DNA of 64,000 bases from Atractiella rhizophila (Eukaryota), in NCBI GenBank assembly GCA_021432655.1, contig MU271203.1, forward strand, positions 62,001 through 126,000, read 5' to 3'. Both the position numbers and the translations under genes were made by a program. The notes under the pieces are model-generated. The model did not search any database, was not told the DNA's origin, and saw only the letters and a list, made by a program, of their open reading frames with translations. Positions 12,440 to 23,416 of the stretch are shown one piece after another (position 1 is the first letter of the stretch; each line of letters begins with the position of its first letter).

Positions 12440-14163
12440 ATGATTCTGCGGTCTCTTCTCACAATTCTCAGCCTCTCCAGCGCAACTCAAATCCCCTTTC
12501 AAGCGCCAGTCCAACAACCAGGACCTGTAGATTTCTGGTCCCTGCTTGATTCCCCTTCCGCGTCATCCTCGCCCCAGCCAGGCACACTTCGCTCATTCCC
12601 TCCTTTACGCACTCGCAAACAAAAGATTTCCAGACCACGAAACCTCAATTTGACGACCTATCATGCTCTCCGTAAAGCGCGGTGGCGCTCCCGTGTGGCC
12701 TTGAGGACCAGCGAGCCTTTCGCCATTGTTAATGCGTTGTCGAGGGAGCGAGAGGTTTGGGAGGAATGGGATGGATGGGAGGACGAAGAAGTTGTGGTAC
12801 CGGATACGAGTGACTGGGATACCCTGAAAGGATTGGCAATGATGACTGGGAACGCTTACTGGGAACATCCACCTGTTAATGGAACCATTCCGCCGGGTTG
12901 GTATGATTTGGGAGAAGGATGGGAAGTCGTGCGTTGTCCATTGCTCTCATTGGAAACCTGAATGTTAAGTGCGTGTTTGTGCACGTTCTGTAGAGAGAAA
13001 GCTTTGGCTGGTCACTGCCCAATATGAGAGGCCACATCTTCGCTACACCAGATAACTCTACAGTGGTCATGGCCATCAAAGGAACAAGCGCTGGAATCGT
13101 AGGTGGAGGTGGGGACACAGGGTCCAACGATAAGTTCAATGTGCGTTTTCTTACCATTTCCATCCTCACTCCGTCCATTAAGTCGTCGCCGTTTAGGACA
13201 ACCTGCTCTTCTCCTGCTGTTGTGCGCGGGTAGATTGGACGTGGACGCCAGTGTGCGACTGTTATCGAAAAGGCGGAGACGGCTACCAATGCTCGGGCGA
13301 TTGCGTGGAGACAGCGGTGATGGAAGAGGGGTCGTATTACCCAGCGGCGACCGAGTTGTTCAACAATATCACAGCGCGCTATGCCGATTCTCAACTCTGG
13401 ATAGTAGGCCACAGTCTAGGTGGAGGACTCGGAGCGCTCCTTGCCATCACCTTCGGCATTCCAGCCGTCACCTTCGAAGCTCCAGGCGATCTGTTGGCCG
13501 CTCGAAGACTCCATCTTCCCCTACCCCCACCAAAGACCATCGCGAACGAATCCCTTCCCTTTCCATTACCGTCTTTCCCGAAAGGTATGGAAGGCGTGAT
13601 CGATTGGCTGAGGTGGAGTGAGAAGGCGGATGAAGATGATCAACTGGGGAATGGGGATTATGGATACGCACCAGTGACGCACGTTTATCACAATGCCGAT
13701 CCGATACCAATGGGTGTATGGTACGTCTCTCCATTTCCTCTTTCTCCCTTAGCTGACTGATGATGTTCACAGCACCGGTGTCCTCTCCTCCTGTGCACTA
13801 GCAGGCTTCGCACTCGAATCTCGCTGTCATACAGGCAAAACCATCCTTTTCGATACCGTCTCCAAGCTAGGCTGGTCCGTCGACATCCGGACGCATCCCA
13901 TCAGCCAAGTGATCACGAAAGTGTTGGACCCAGAGACATGGCGTGATAAGGAACTGTTGTCATCAGCTGCACATGAACGGGATGGAGGGAATGAGGAGGA
14001 TCGAGAGGCGATGGGAAAGTGGAGATGGCCTTGGAAAGGAAAGAAGGATAAAGGAGAAGGAGAAGATGAGGAGAAGAAGGATCCTCTTGTTCCTGAGGCA
14101 GAGCCGGAGTTGGATTGCCAGGATTGCTTTAGGTGGAACTATCAGCAGCCAGAGGAGAGGTAG
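12440..14163 (+). CDS. ATG15: Autophagy-related vacuolar lipase Atg15
   Basis: N-terminal hydrophobic segment; motifs LAMMTGNAY, RGHIFA, IKGTS, NDKFN|DNLLFSCCCARV, lipase GHSLGG, TFEAPGD, H.ADPIPMG, ESRCHTG and terminal C.DC.RW. Confidence 0.93.
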
Positions 14164-14631
14164 AGACGATTTAGTTGGCGTAGGAGTGGTAGACATTTAC
14201 GCGATTTGGGGTAGAAACGCTGATCCATTTTATTCGTTCATGTTGTAGATTTTTCGTTTCAGCAAGCGCAATGTAACATTACATACTCATTTTAGGATAT
14301 ATGACCTTATCCGAAGAAATAATCGAGAAGAAGTAGCAGAAGAAGTAGACGTGCATAAATTAACACGTTGCCTCTAGTTTGGACCACGCTCTAGTCTCAA
14401 AACGGGTAGTCACTGTTCACGTCCGTAGCAGTTCCCGCCAACTTCCCGGCAAATCGTCCGTCATCCAATCGCTCGTAACTTACCTCCAAGATGTCTCTAG
14501 CTCCCCTGTCGTTGTGAGTCCCTATTCCACAGTATTTGTAGTCTGCATATTGACATGGGGGCCTAAGGGCGGACACTGGCACTCCGTCCAGCATGCTCAC
14601 CTCCCAAATCCTCGACCCATCCGGCTCTGCG

Positions 14632-15189
14632 ATGTCTACCTCAGCTAGCACACCGACACCGACCACGGCGCGAGAGTTCGAAACTGCTCTCGAATCTTAT
14701 AGGGCGCGGGAGGCCACCAAGGCGAAGGGTTTGTTCTCCTCCTATTTGCATCAGCAGTACTCAGGAGGGAAAGGCAGTGGTGGTCCGCTTCCGAGCAGTG
14801 GGAGCGGCGCCAGTCATGAAACAGAACTTTTTCAAGATCTCAGCCTCGAACAGATTCCAGACCGTCATGACCTTCCTCCGGAGAGAACTAAACTGGAAAT
14901 CGAGTGATCCTCTAGTTCGTCGACCTTTCCTCCCTCGACACGAAGAGTGATAAGAACACAAATAGTTTATGTACATCAATAGCTCCTTCTCACCTGCTCC
15001 AGATGACACCGTCAACAATCTCTTCAAAGTTTGTCTAGAATCTCAACGCGAGCGCAAGTGCTGACTTAATGGCGGACAGTGCTTCGCGACGGAGGGACAT
15101 CTCATCGTTAACTACAGGTAGGTTCTTCCGTCCCTCAGAATAAAATTTTGATCCTATTTGCCTGTAGCACGACGCCTGCATGGGGATGA
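14632..15189 (+). CDS. ATG12: Ubiquitin-like autophagy protein Atg12 (5 exons)
   Basis: Manual splicing gives K|VVVRFRAVGAAPVMKQNFFKISASNRFQTVMTFLRRELNWKSSDPL|FMYINSSFSPAPDDTVNNLFK|CFATEGHLIVNYS|TTPAWG*, ending in the C-terminal conjugation Gly. An alternative in-frame ATG lies at 14593. Confidence 0.93.
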
Positions 15190-15371
15190 TGTGACCCAAT
15201 AATCTCATGCAATCATCCATTGCTCAGCGGTTTACAGCATGTACATCTTGAGAGGAATCGGAAGTTATGACGACGGAGCCAGAACTTTTATTGCAGCTGT
15301 ATGCTTTAGAGAGCCTTTTAATACTTATTCCAGCGTATTCCCATCAAAATGTCCTTAAACTTGCATCCCAC

Positions 15372-16892
15372 TTACCCAAGGTGCCGGAACACATCCCTAA
15401 CAACGCTGTCCCACCGTTCCCCCTCCAATTCCGAATCGACCAGCCCAACATCGACATCCTCGTTATCTCCAAACAGTGTTTTCAGGCGTTCCTTCGTCTT
15501 AGAGCGATTCACGAATATCCAACGGAGCTCCTTCCACGGTCCCTCCTTCTCCCCTTTACTGGAATTGACGGACTCCGCGATCTTTTCAAAGGCAACATTA
15601 TCCCTCGTGTGCAGCACGACGACTTTGATCTCTTTCCAAGCAGGGAATGGATTGAAGATTGCTGTCTCAGCGTGGGGGTCTGGGAATCGTAGTCTTTCCA
15701 GAGCGGCTGAGGCGGAGGTTCGAAGCTGGAAAGCTTGTAGATGATGACAAGATTCTAGGGCTTCGCATAAACGGGCGGACCAGGAGGAGGTAATTTTGAG
15801 GACCTTGAGAGAAGGAAAGAGGGAGATGAGTGAAGCCAGATCGTCGCTGTTCGTCCATGGAATAAAGTTCAATGAAATTAGGGTCGTAGTCTTCTCTGGC
15901 GTAGGAGAGCTGAGGATGGGGAAGGCGTTGATCTCGAGGGCGATTATGGGGACGCTTGTGGGAAAGGAGATCGTAGGACCACGCAGGAACAAATGCTTCA
16001 AGTTTGCAGAACGTTGCAGGTGTGGCATGATCTGTTCAATCGACATCACTCTGTCCTGGTCTTCAAGAGGTGCGGCAGAGGATATCAGAAGGAATTGCAA
16101 TAGTGGAAATGGTGGGATGGCCCTGTGTCCTTCGGCGTCGAAGCGTAAGTGCATATTCAATGATTCAAGCGTGGGCGCAAAGTGGGCGAGAAAGGACGAA
16201 AAACTGTCCTTGTCCTCGAAATATACTTCGTCGACGTCCAAGGTACGGAGATGTGCAGCTGAAATGAAAGATGCGTGCACCTGTGTTTTAAGTGGGAATG
16301 AACAACGGAGAGAGAGGTGGGTGGGCTGGATCTGGAAAAGAGGTTTCGGGGATGAGGAGATAGGTAGAGGGACGGAACGCAAGCAAAGATTTTGGAGATT
16401 AGACATCCTATCGAGATGAGGGACGAGATCTAAGAGAGAAAGGGTTTGTGATTCTCCTGAAGTAGTGAAAGAAGCCACGATGTCGATGTAGAGCATTCGG
16501 AGGTTCTTGAGAAACGGGAGGCGAAATTGAATCACATATCCCGTGATGGACAAGCTCCTCAAATTCTCGCAGAGCTCCAGCAGCTGTTCAACAGCTACGA
16601 CTGACGTTGTTCGCGAACCGAATATCCCCAGCTCTACAACATACCTTCTCTTGTCCGGAGCTGATTCAAGGAAGCGATAGAGACGGGGAAGGCGCTTGGT
16701 AGACGTTTGCAGCTCGATCCGCTGTGAAAGGAGAACAAGCTGGACAGCAGGGTAAAAGGCAGAGTTGATGGTGAGAAGTGTAAGCAATTGTGACCGGGAG
16801 GGCTCCCGCAGGCTGACCAGATTGGGTGGAGGGCAACAGTAGAATACTATTCGTACGAGCAGCTCTGGCGGCAGGGTCGATAGGGTAGCCAT
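15372..16892 (-). CDS. F-box/LRR protein, single exon
   Basis: 506 aa ORF starting with the F-box motif LSTLPPELLVRIVFY, followed by many LxxLxL repeats (NLRSLSI, NLRMLYI, NLQNLCL, HLRTLDV, SLKVLKI). Confidence 0.8.
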   Translation of the reverse strand: MATLSTLPPELLVRIVFYCCPPPNLVSLREPSRSQLLTLLTINSAFYPAVQLVLLSQRIELQTSTKRLPRLYRFLESAPDKRRYVVELGIFGSRTTSVVAVEQLLELCENLRSLSITGYVIQFRLPFLKNLRMLYIDIVASFTTSGESQTLSLLDLVPHLDRMSNLQNLCLRSVPLPISSSPKPLFQIQPTHLSLRCSFPLKTQVHASFISAAHLRTLDVDEVYFEDKDSFSSFLAHFAPTLESLNMHLRFDAEGHRAIPPFPLLQFLLISSAAPLEDQDRVMSIEQIMPHLQRSANLKHLFLRGPTISFPTSVPIIALEINAFPILSSPTPEKTTTLISLNFIPWTNSDDLASLISLFPSLKVLKITSSWSARLCEALESCHHLQAFQLRTSASAALERLRFPDPHAETAIFNPFPAWKEIKVVVLHTRDNVAFEKIAESVNSSKGEKEGPWKELRWIFVNRSKTKERLKTLFGDNEDVDVGLVDSELEGERWDSVVRDVFRHLG

Positions 16893-18631
16893 TTCCTTGT
16901 AATGTAAACAGAATTATAGCAGATGTGCACAACCTGGGGCTCATCAACACATCAGCACTTGAGATCGAGCCTTCACTGAAGTAAACTCACGATGCTGACA
17001 GCTTTTGTGTAGCTGTTCAAGTTCGAACCCTTGGCCTCCCTTGACTGAATAATCCAGGTAACTTTGCGATCACTCCGACTTTGCACACAAGCGTTGTAGA
17101 TAACAAGTGACGCCAATAAACGACCTGGCGCGAACTGATTTAACCTGCAGTCTCCACCTTCAAGCCACTGACAAACGCACGCTTTTCCTTTCAAGGCGGC
17201 AGGTAGATAGAGTTCGGGCAGGATGTTGTCGGATGTGGGACATCGGAAAGGTGCACACAGGTGCTCACAGGTGTATTGATGGGCGCTAAATGTTATGGAG
17301 GGAGGTAAAATATGGCAGCGAAGGTGAGCGTCACGCGTTACGGTTTATCATTTAAAGTGCGCCACTACCACACTCAAAATCTTTTCTTTGAATCTGGTCG
17401 GACAGTCTGGTCATTGAAGTCCTGTTTCTCTTGTGTGTAATTCTTGGATTCCTCTAGCTCTAGTCTCGAATATCTCAACCCGCCACCTAACCCTGTCGTG
17501 CTGAGATGTTTGCAGGGAATCTTAGTTGAGGCCGGGGTTCCATACATCCACCAGTAATTTTGGTATGATCAAATGCCACACACCTAATATCCCGTGATGG
17601 ACAAGCTCCTCAAATTCTCGCAGAGCTCCAGCAGCTGTTCAACAGCTACGACTGAGGTTGTTCGCGAACCGAATATCCCCAGCTCTACAACATATCTTCT
17701 CTTGTCCGGAGCTGATTCGAGGAAGCGATAGAGACGGGGAAGGCGCTTGGTAGACGTTTGCAGCTCGATCCGCTGTGAAAGGAGAACAAGCTGGACAGCA
17801 GGGTAAAAGGCAGAGTTGATGGTGAGAAGTGTAAGCAATTGTGACCGGGAGGGCTCCCGCAGGCTGACCAGATTGGGTGGAGGGCAACAGTAGAATACTA
17901 TTCGTACGAGCAGCTCAGGCGGCAGTGTCGACAGGGTAGCCATTTCCTTGTAATACAAACAGAATTATAGCAGATGTGCACCACCTGGGGCTCATCAACG
18001 CATCAGCACTTGAGATCGAGCCTTCGCTGAAGTAAACTCACGGTGCTGTCAGCTTTTGTGTAGCTGTTCAAGTTCGAACCCTCGGCCTCCCTTGACTGAA
18101 TAATGTAGGTAACTTTGCGATTGATCACTCCCACTTTGCACCCAAACGTTGTAGATAGCAAGTGACACCAATAAACGACCTGGCGCGAACTGATTTAACC
18201 CTGCAGTCGACCACTGACAAACGCACGCTTTTCCTTTCAAGGCGGCTGGTAGATAGAGTTCGGGCAGGACGTTGTCGGATGTGGGACATCGGAAAGGTGC
18301 ACACAGGTGCTCACAGGTGTATTGGTGGGCGCTAAATGTTATGGAGGGAGGTAAAATATGGAAGCCAAGGTGAGCGTCACGCGTTACGGTTTATCATTTA
18401 AAGTGCGCCACTACCACACTAAAAATCTTTTCTTTGAATCTGGTCGGACAGTCTGGTCATTGAAGTCCTATTTCTCTTGTGTGTAATTCTTGGATTCCTC
18501 TAGCTCTAGTCTCGAACATCTCAACCCGCCACCTAACCCTGTCGTGCTGAGATGTTTGCAGGGAATCTTAGTTGAGGCCGGGGTTCCATACATCCACCAG
18601 TAATTTTGGTATGATCAAATGCCACACACCT
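16536..18631. repeat. Head-to-tail tandem duplication of about 1.05 kb (16536-17585 and 17587-18631)
   Basis: Both units begin ATATCCCGTGATGGACAAG and end AAATGCCACACACCT, with scattered SNPs and small indels. One extra A sits at the junction (17586). Confidence 0.97.
17584..17943 (-). pseudogene. 5' fragment copy of the F-box/LRR gene (119 aa, truncated at the duplication junction)
   Basis: Protein identical to the first 119 aa of 15372-16892. The junction creates the TAG stop. Confidence 0.8.
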
Positions 18632-19163
18632 GTCCTCAGCTCGGGTAACTGAGCTTGGTTAAAACAGAGGCAGTTCTGGGTACCTATCAATTAAGCTAAC
18701 TGTTGCAGCCTTCGTTCACCTCTCGCTGCAATACTGGATAACAGAGAACAGGATTAGGCCACAAGTGGTTTGACATTGGCAGGTTCTGTTCAAGGTAGCC
18801 CGTCACTGCCTCATCATTCGGCCCTTCCTCTCCATAGTCTAATCTCTGTAATCAAAGGCTTATCCCCTCGCAAGCTGCTAAATTGTGTATTAAGGCATCG
18901 CTTCCAACCACTGAACCATGAATTGTTAAGAGGAGCGAAATGAAGGTACGTGTACCTGAAGGTGTTACACTGTATCTTGCACCCTCTTCTATTTGCTCCA
19001 CAAATGGAGTCTTTGGCCCTCTACGTTAAAAACTCCTTTCTGCTCCACTCTATTAGTGTCGCTCCGAATTCTTAGTCGCGTTGTGGGTCGGACATCACGG
19101 ACTTGCGAGTCCTTGTATTGCCAGTTCAAGCATTCTAGTTTTCTCGTCCTTCCCTTCTATGGG

Positions 19164-21623
19164 ATGGAGACAGTGGTGTGTGAGCGTTGTCGGGAAGAAG
19201 GAATCACATGTGAGAGGGAGCCCACGGAATTGCAATGTAAAACTTGTTCCACCGCAGGTGTCCCGTACGCATCCATATTTTTCGCTTGACAAAACTAATG
19301 CCTTTTAAAGATGCGAAACTGTTTACAGACCGTCTGTCAAAAGGAAGAGATCCCCAGCGGACAGCGAAGCGGGTCACTCTCGTCCTAGTTGGAGCAGAGA
19401 AGGGTAACACCATTCATCATCTACTGTAAAACTACTGATAGTACCTATCAGAGTTAATCTAACGCGCTTGACGCAGAAGCATTATTCAAGTTCGGCAGAT
19501 TTAGCGAGAGACTTACAGTTCCAGACAAAACGTAAAAAAGGTGCAGAAATTGCGCCAAACGGAGGGCAGAAGAAACGTACTTCAAAAAGCCTTATCGTGC
19601 CTAACCCACCAGAGCAGATAAGGAGAACAGACAATGTTGTTTCAAACATCCTACACGCATTCAATTTGGCAGCTTTATCTCCCGAAAATCGGTTGGTTCA
19701 AGTTCAGCGAGCAAGGGCAATCGGAGATCACCTTTTGTCCATGGCTTACTTCGACCATGTCCTTCCTGATCTCGATCCTGTGTTAGGACGTCTACCTCAG
19801 AGCTGGTCTGAATATGAGAGTCTTCGCACCGACCCAAGTTTCCAAAACGGGAGGCTAGACATTCTCGTGACTTACGCGATAGCAAAGTCAGCTCTCAGCT
19901 CTCCTCACTCGGAAATCTTAGGTCGACATTCACTCAGAGCTATTCCTCTGGACATTTCGTCATCAGCCGATGCCCTAGATTTCCGGGAGCAGGGACGAGC
20001 TCGCACGACTGCAGTGATGGCACTGCAGCAGCAGTGTTTCGAGCTCGCGTTGTCTCCCACGTCTCCACTTCGTCAAGCGACAGAATCGAGCATCGCAACC
20101 CTACTCAACATTCTCTTCGTATTTTGGCAAGATTCGCCTTCTGGAGCTCCAGAAGCTCTACGATTAGCGGTAGAACACTTTGATGCCTTGTGGAATGTTG
20201 CAGATAACAGTCGGCGAGAGGTACTGATAGATAGATATCTTTACGGTCTCGTTGTGGTAAGCGCCTGGCCTGCGAAAAAGGTGATCTGACAGTATATCAA
20301 GATAGATAATGAAGTCCACTCCCGGTTTGGAGGAAGGCCAGACTTGTTAGACTAGTCCCACGTTATTGCCAATGCCCTCACTCACAAGCTTTGTTAGAAC
20401 TGAATCTCGTTACCAGCGCATCTTACGACGCCGCGAACACCTTCCAGATTATAGGTTCTTCGTTTACCCTGCCACTCTCGTTTCAGAACAGCCTGTACCC
20501 AAGACAGCTTCTGAAGGGGCTGAGGTTGGATGGGCATTCCTGGAATCGTTCCTTCGCGAGACGAACATCCGACGTGAGTGAAGCTTCGGTAAGCCTAAAG
20601 GGTCGAGCTGCTGATCGATTCACAGGCCATCTGCTTAGTTCTGCCCTCCAGGACGAAGCCGAGAACAGCTTAAGCGAACTTCTTCAGTACCTCGTTGGTT
20701 ACGTGTCCTGGAGGACTCGGCACGCTCGCCTTCACTTCAGGTCGGATGTCCAAAGTGAAAGTGAGGGAGTTCCTCGCAAGAAGGATCGATTCTCGCTCTA
20801 CAGTGTTGGCGCCACAGCCGAAGTCTGGTGGGACACAGATCTATTGTTGGGTCGATTCTTCAAAGGTGTCTTCGTCTTCAAATCGCTATTATCCCAAGCT
20901 GTCTCCCTCTTTCCTCACAGCGTGACACTATCAAGTCTCGAAGAGTCATACCGTCCTCTTCAAGACTTTCTTTTTCTCGAGCTCATACGATGGTTTGCCT
21001 TCATCGTCTTGTCTTCGAAAATGGGAAATTTTGGCACAAGTCTATGGAGAGGCTCTGGAGAATCAATCTTACATCAATTTGATTTCGTTCCAGGCGGATT
21101 TCGCAACTTGGCAGAACTTGCTCGTAACTCTCCAGCGTTAGAGCAGCCCTTGAGGGCGTGAGTTGCAATATTCCTCATTGTGTTCATTACTGACCAACTC
21201 CGTCAGTATCATCAAACAAGCAGGCCTCTTTAGTTGGTCATCGCACAGGTTAGCTGTTCAACTTGACGCTTTTGATGACGAAGTTCGCAAAACGCCATCT
21301 CCAGAAGCAGACCAAGACATAATAGAGGTAGCTACATTACTGTCGCAAAAGCCCAGAGAATGCTGATGACTTCACAGCTGCCTCGAAGGACACCTTCACC
21401 ACCTCCTGTATTAAGCAATTACGCAAGCGCTTTACTTTCGAACAACTTTCCCGTTGGCGAGCCAGAACAGTTCGCATCTCCAGACAGTTCTTCCGTTGAG
21501 ATAGTTTCGACGGGCGAGCCCGCCCACATTGTACCACCATCTCCAGCACTAGAAGACTTCATTCAAACACTTTTGGGGCACGAACTAGGATCGGCAATAC
21601 CGGACCTATCTCTCGATCACTAA
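19164..21623 (+). CDS. Zn(II)2Cys6 cluster transcription factor-like protein, multi-exon
   Basis: Spliced N-terminus CERC-x6-C-x8-CKTC-x6-C, followed by basic VKRKR and long helical exons at 19468-20256 and about 20400-21160. Confidence 0.75.
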
Positions 21624-21788
21624 GATTTATACCACATGAATTCATCCGTTTCCATTTCGTTTGCAAGGTTCATGATGCTTAACCTCTGGCAATGGGGATT
21701 AATAAGGGATATACCGTTTTGCGTTGAATTTACTGTGTTATTTACCTTTACCTCCAAATCTTCTGCTATAGAAATTCTTCAACCATAC

Positions 21789-22897
21789 TCACGTCCACAG
21801 CCCCTTCTCTACGTCTTTCCAATTGAACTCTCCCTGTATTTCGCCTAACTTAGCATCATCTCCTTCCCAACCCACCCAGTCCCATCGGAATCCAACTTTC
21901 TGATACACACGTCTGGCATTGCTGCTGGTCTCCACGATGAGACAAACCTCCTCCTTCTCTCGCACGCGCAACCAATATTCACAGGCATGCTGCACTGTCC
22001 TCTCAGCAATGCCTTGCCGTCTGTGGCTCGGGGATACAAAAACGTTCCGGATAGCGACTACTTTGGGGGATTCTCGCCCAGTAACAAGAAAGCTCGCGAC
22101 GAGCGGAGGGGATCCTGGCGGTGTAGGGAGGAGATAAAGAAAGTAGCCGTTGGTGTGACCTTGACCCAGGTACTCTGAGATCATGGCCTTTGCTCGGTCC
22201 CTCGATTTATCCTCTGGCGCGTCAAACATTTCTCTGGAAAAAGAGACGAAAAGGTTCTCCACGTTAGACTTGAAAGCAAGCCGCTCTGCATCGGGGAGCG
22301 AATGGAAGACAGATTCCAGAGTCTTGATTTCGTGACCGACCGGAAGATCGGCTGGGCTTGAAAATTGGCTGGAACGAAGAACACCTAAGTGAACTGGCAT
22401 GCGAGGTTTTGGATCCCGTTCTGGCGGCGCGACATCCGGGGCAAGCTCCCTCGCAAAATATACCAGTTGGTCCTGAAGGTAAGTAGCATAAGTGGCTGGC
22501 CCATAAAGTGATCCGATAGCCCGAATCGGTATGGAAAGCTCCTTGATGATATACCCGGCAAGTGTTTGGAGGGCTGCAGCTATGACAGAACTTGGAAAGG
22601 TAGAAGGGGAAGCAACTGCGAGAAATTTTGTGTAAAAGTTGCAGCCAACCCTGCCACGATGATCATTAGAAAGCGTCAGTTTTCAAGTACCGTAACGTAC
22701 ACGACTCGACCAGTCGTATCCCTTGCAATCAGGAGAAAGTATTCCCCTCCCTTCAGATCGTCAAGCCTCCGGGCAGCAATCCCATCGATTGTTCTCCCAA
22801 CGAGCATGTTGCATTTAGAATTGTCACAATCATTCTGCACGAGGAGATCTACGAATTCTTGGGGGGAATGCTGGGTAATAGCAATCTTGGTCGCCAT
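21789..22897 (-). CDS. GNAT-family acetyltransferase (paralog A)
   Basis: Acetyl-CoA motif A (IRNVFVSPSHRRQGIAE) and motif B (NARRVYQKVGF). One intron at about 22632-22699. Confidence 0.85.
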
Positions 22898-23416
22898 TTG
22901 ATCAAATTGGCTTGGGCCACTCGCTGGCCCTGTGTCAGCAGGCTTCTTTCCCCCTTTCCATATCTGAATTTATAGTAACATCGCGCTTCTATCCCGAATC
23001 CATATGACTCCAACAGTCGTGTTCCGACGCGCATGCACATGGCCTGTCGCAGTCGCACTCACAGGCAGACAAGTGGCGCAACAAATATTCATTACAAAAG
23101 AACTTGAAGTCTCGTCCAGACACTGGCAATATCGTCTCCACAACTTCAGAGACATGTGCAACTCTGAGGATGGCGGGAAGAGTAGCCTGCATGTCCGACT
23201 TCTCCAACTTGAAGTTAATGTATCGTCAAAAAGCCCGTTACTGGCCCCCTCAACTAGCCTTCAACCTACCACTACGTCATCTCGCCATCGTTCAAGCAGA
23301 GTTCATTGGATGACCGCCGTCTGCGTGATGTCCTCTAAACTTGTAGTTCAGCAACCAGCAGTCGATTCGAGAATAACAAACCTTTTAACTGTTTCGTGTC
23401 ACGTTGTCTTTCTATC

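Noticed and set aside
17010..17045. GTTCGAACCC tRNA T-loop/B-box-like motif (also at about 18072)
   Set aside because: No proper T-stem, D-arm or acceptor stem; not a tRNA.
17480..17500. CTAACCCT as a telomerase RNA template
   Set aside because: Only 8 nt, with no recognisable pseudoknot or CR4/5 element.
16536..18631. Direct repeats as LTRs of a retroelement
   Set aside because: The units abut, contain host gene sequence, and lack TG...CA ends, PBS/PPT and internal gag-pol.
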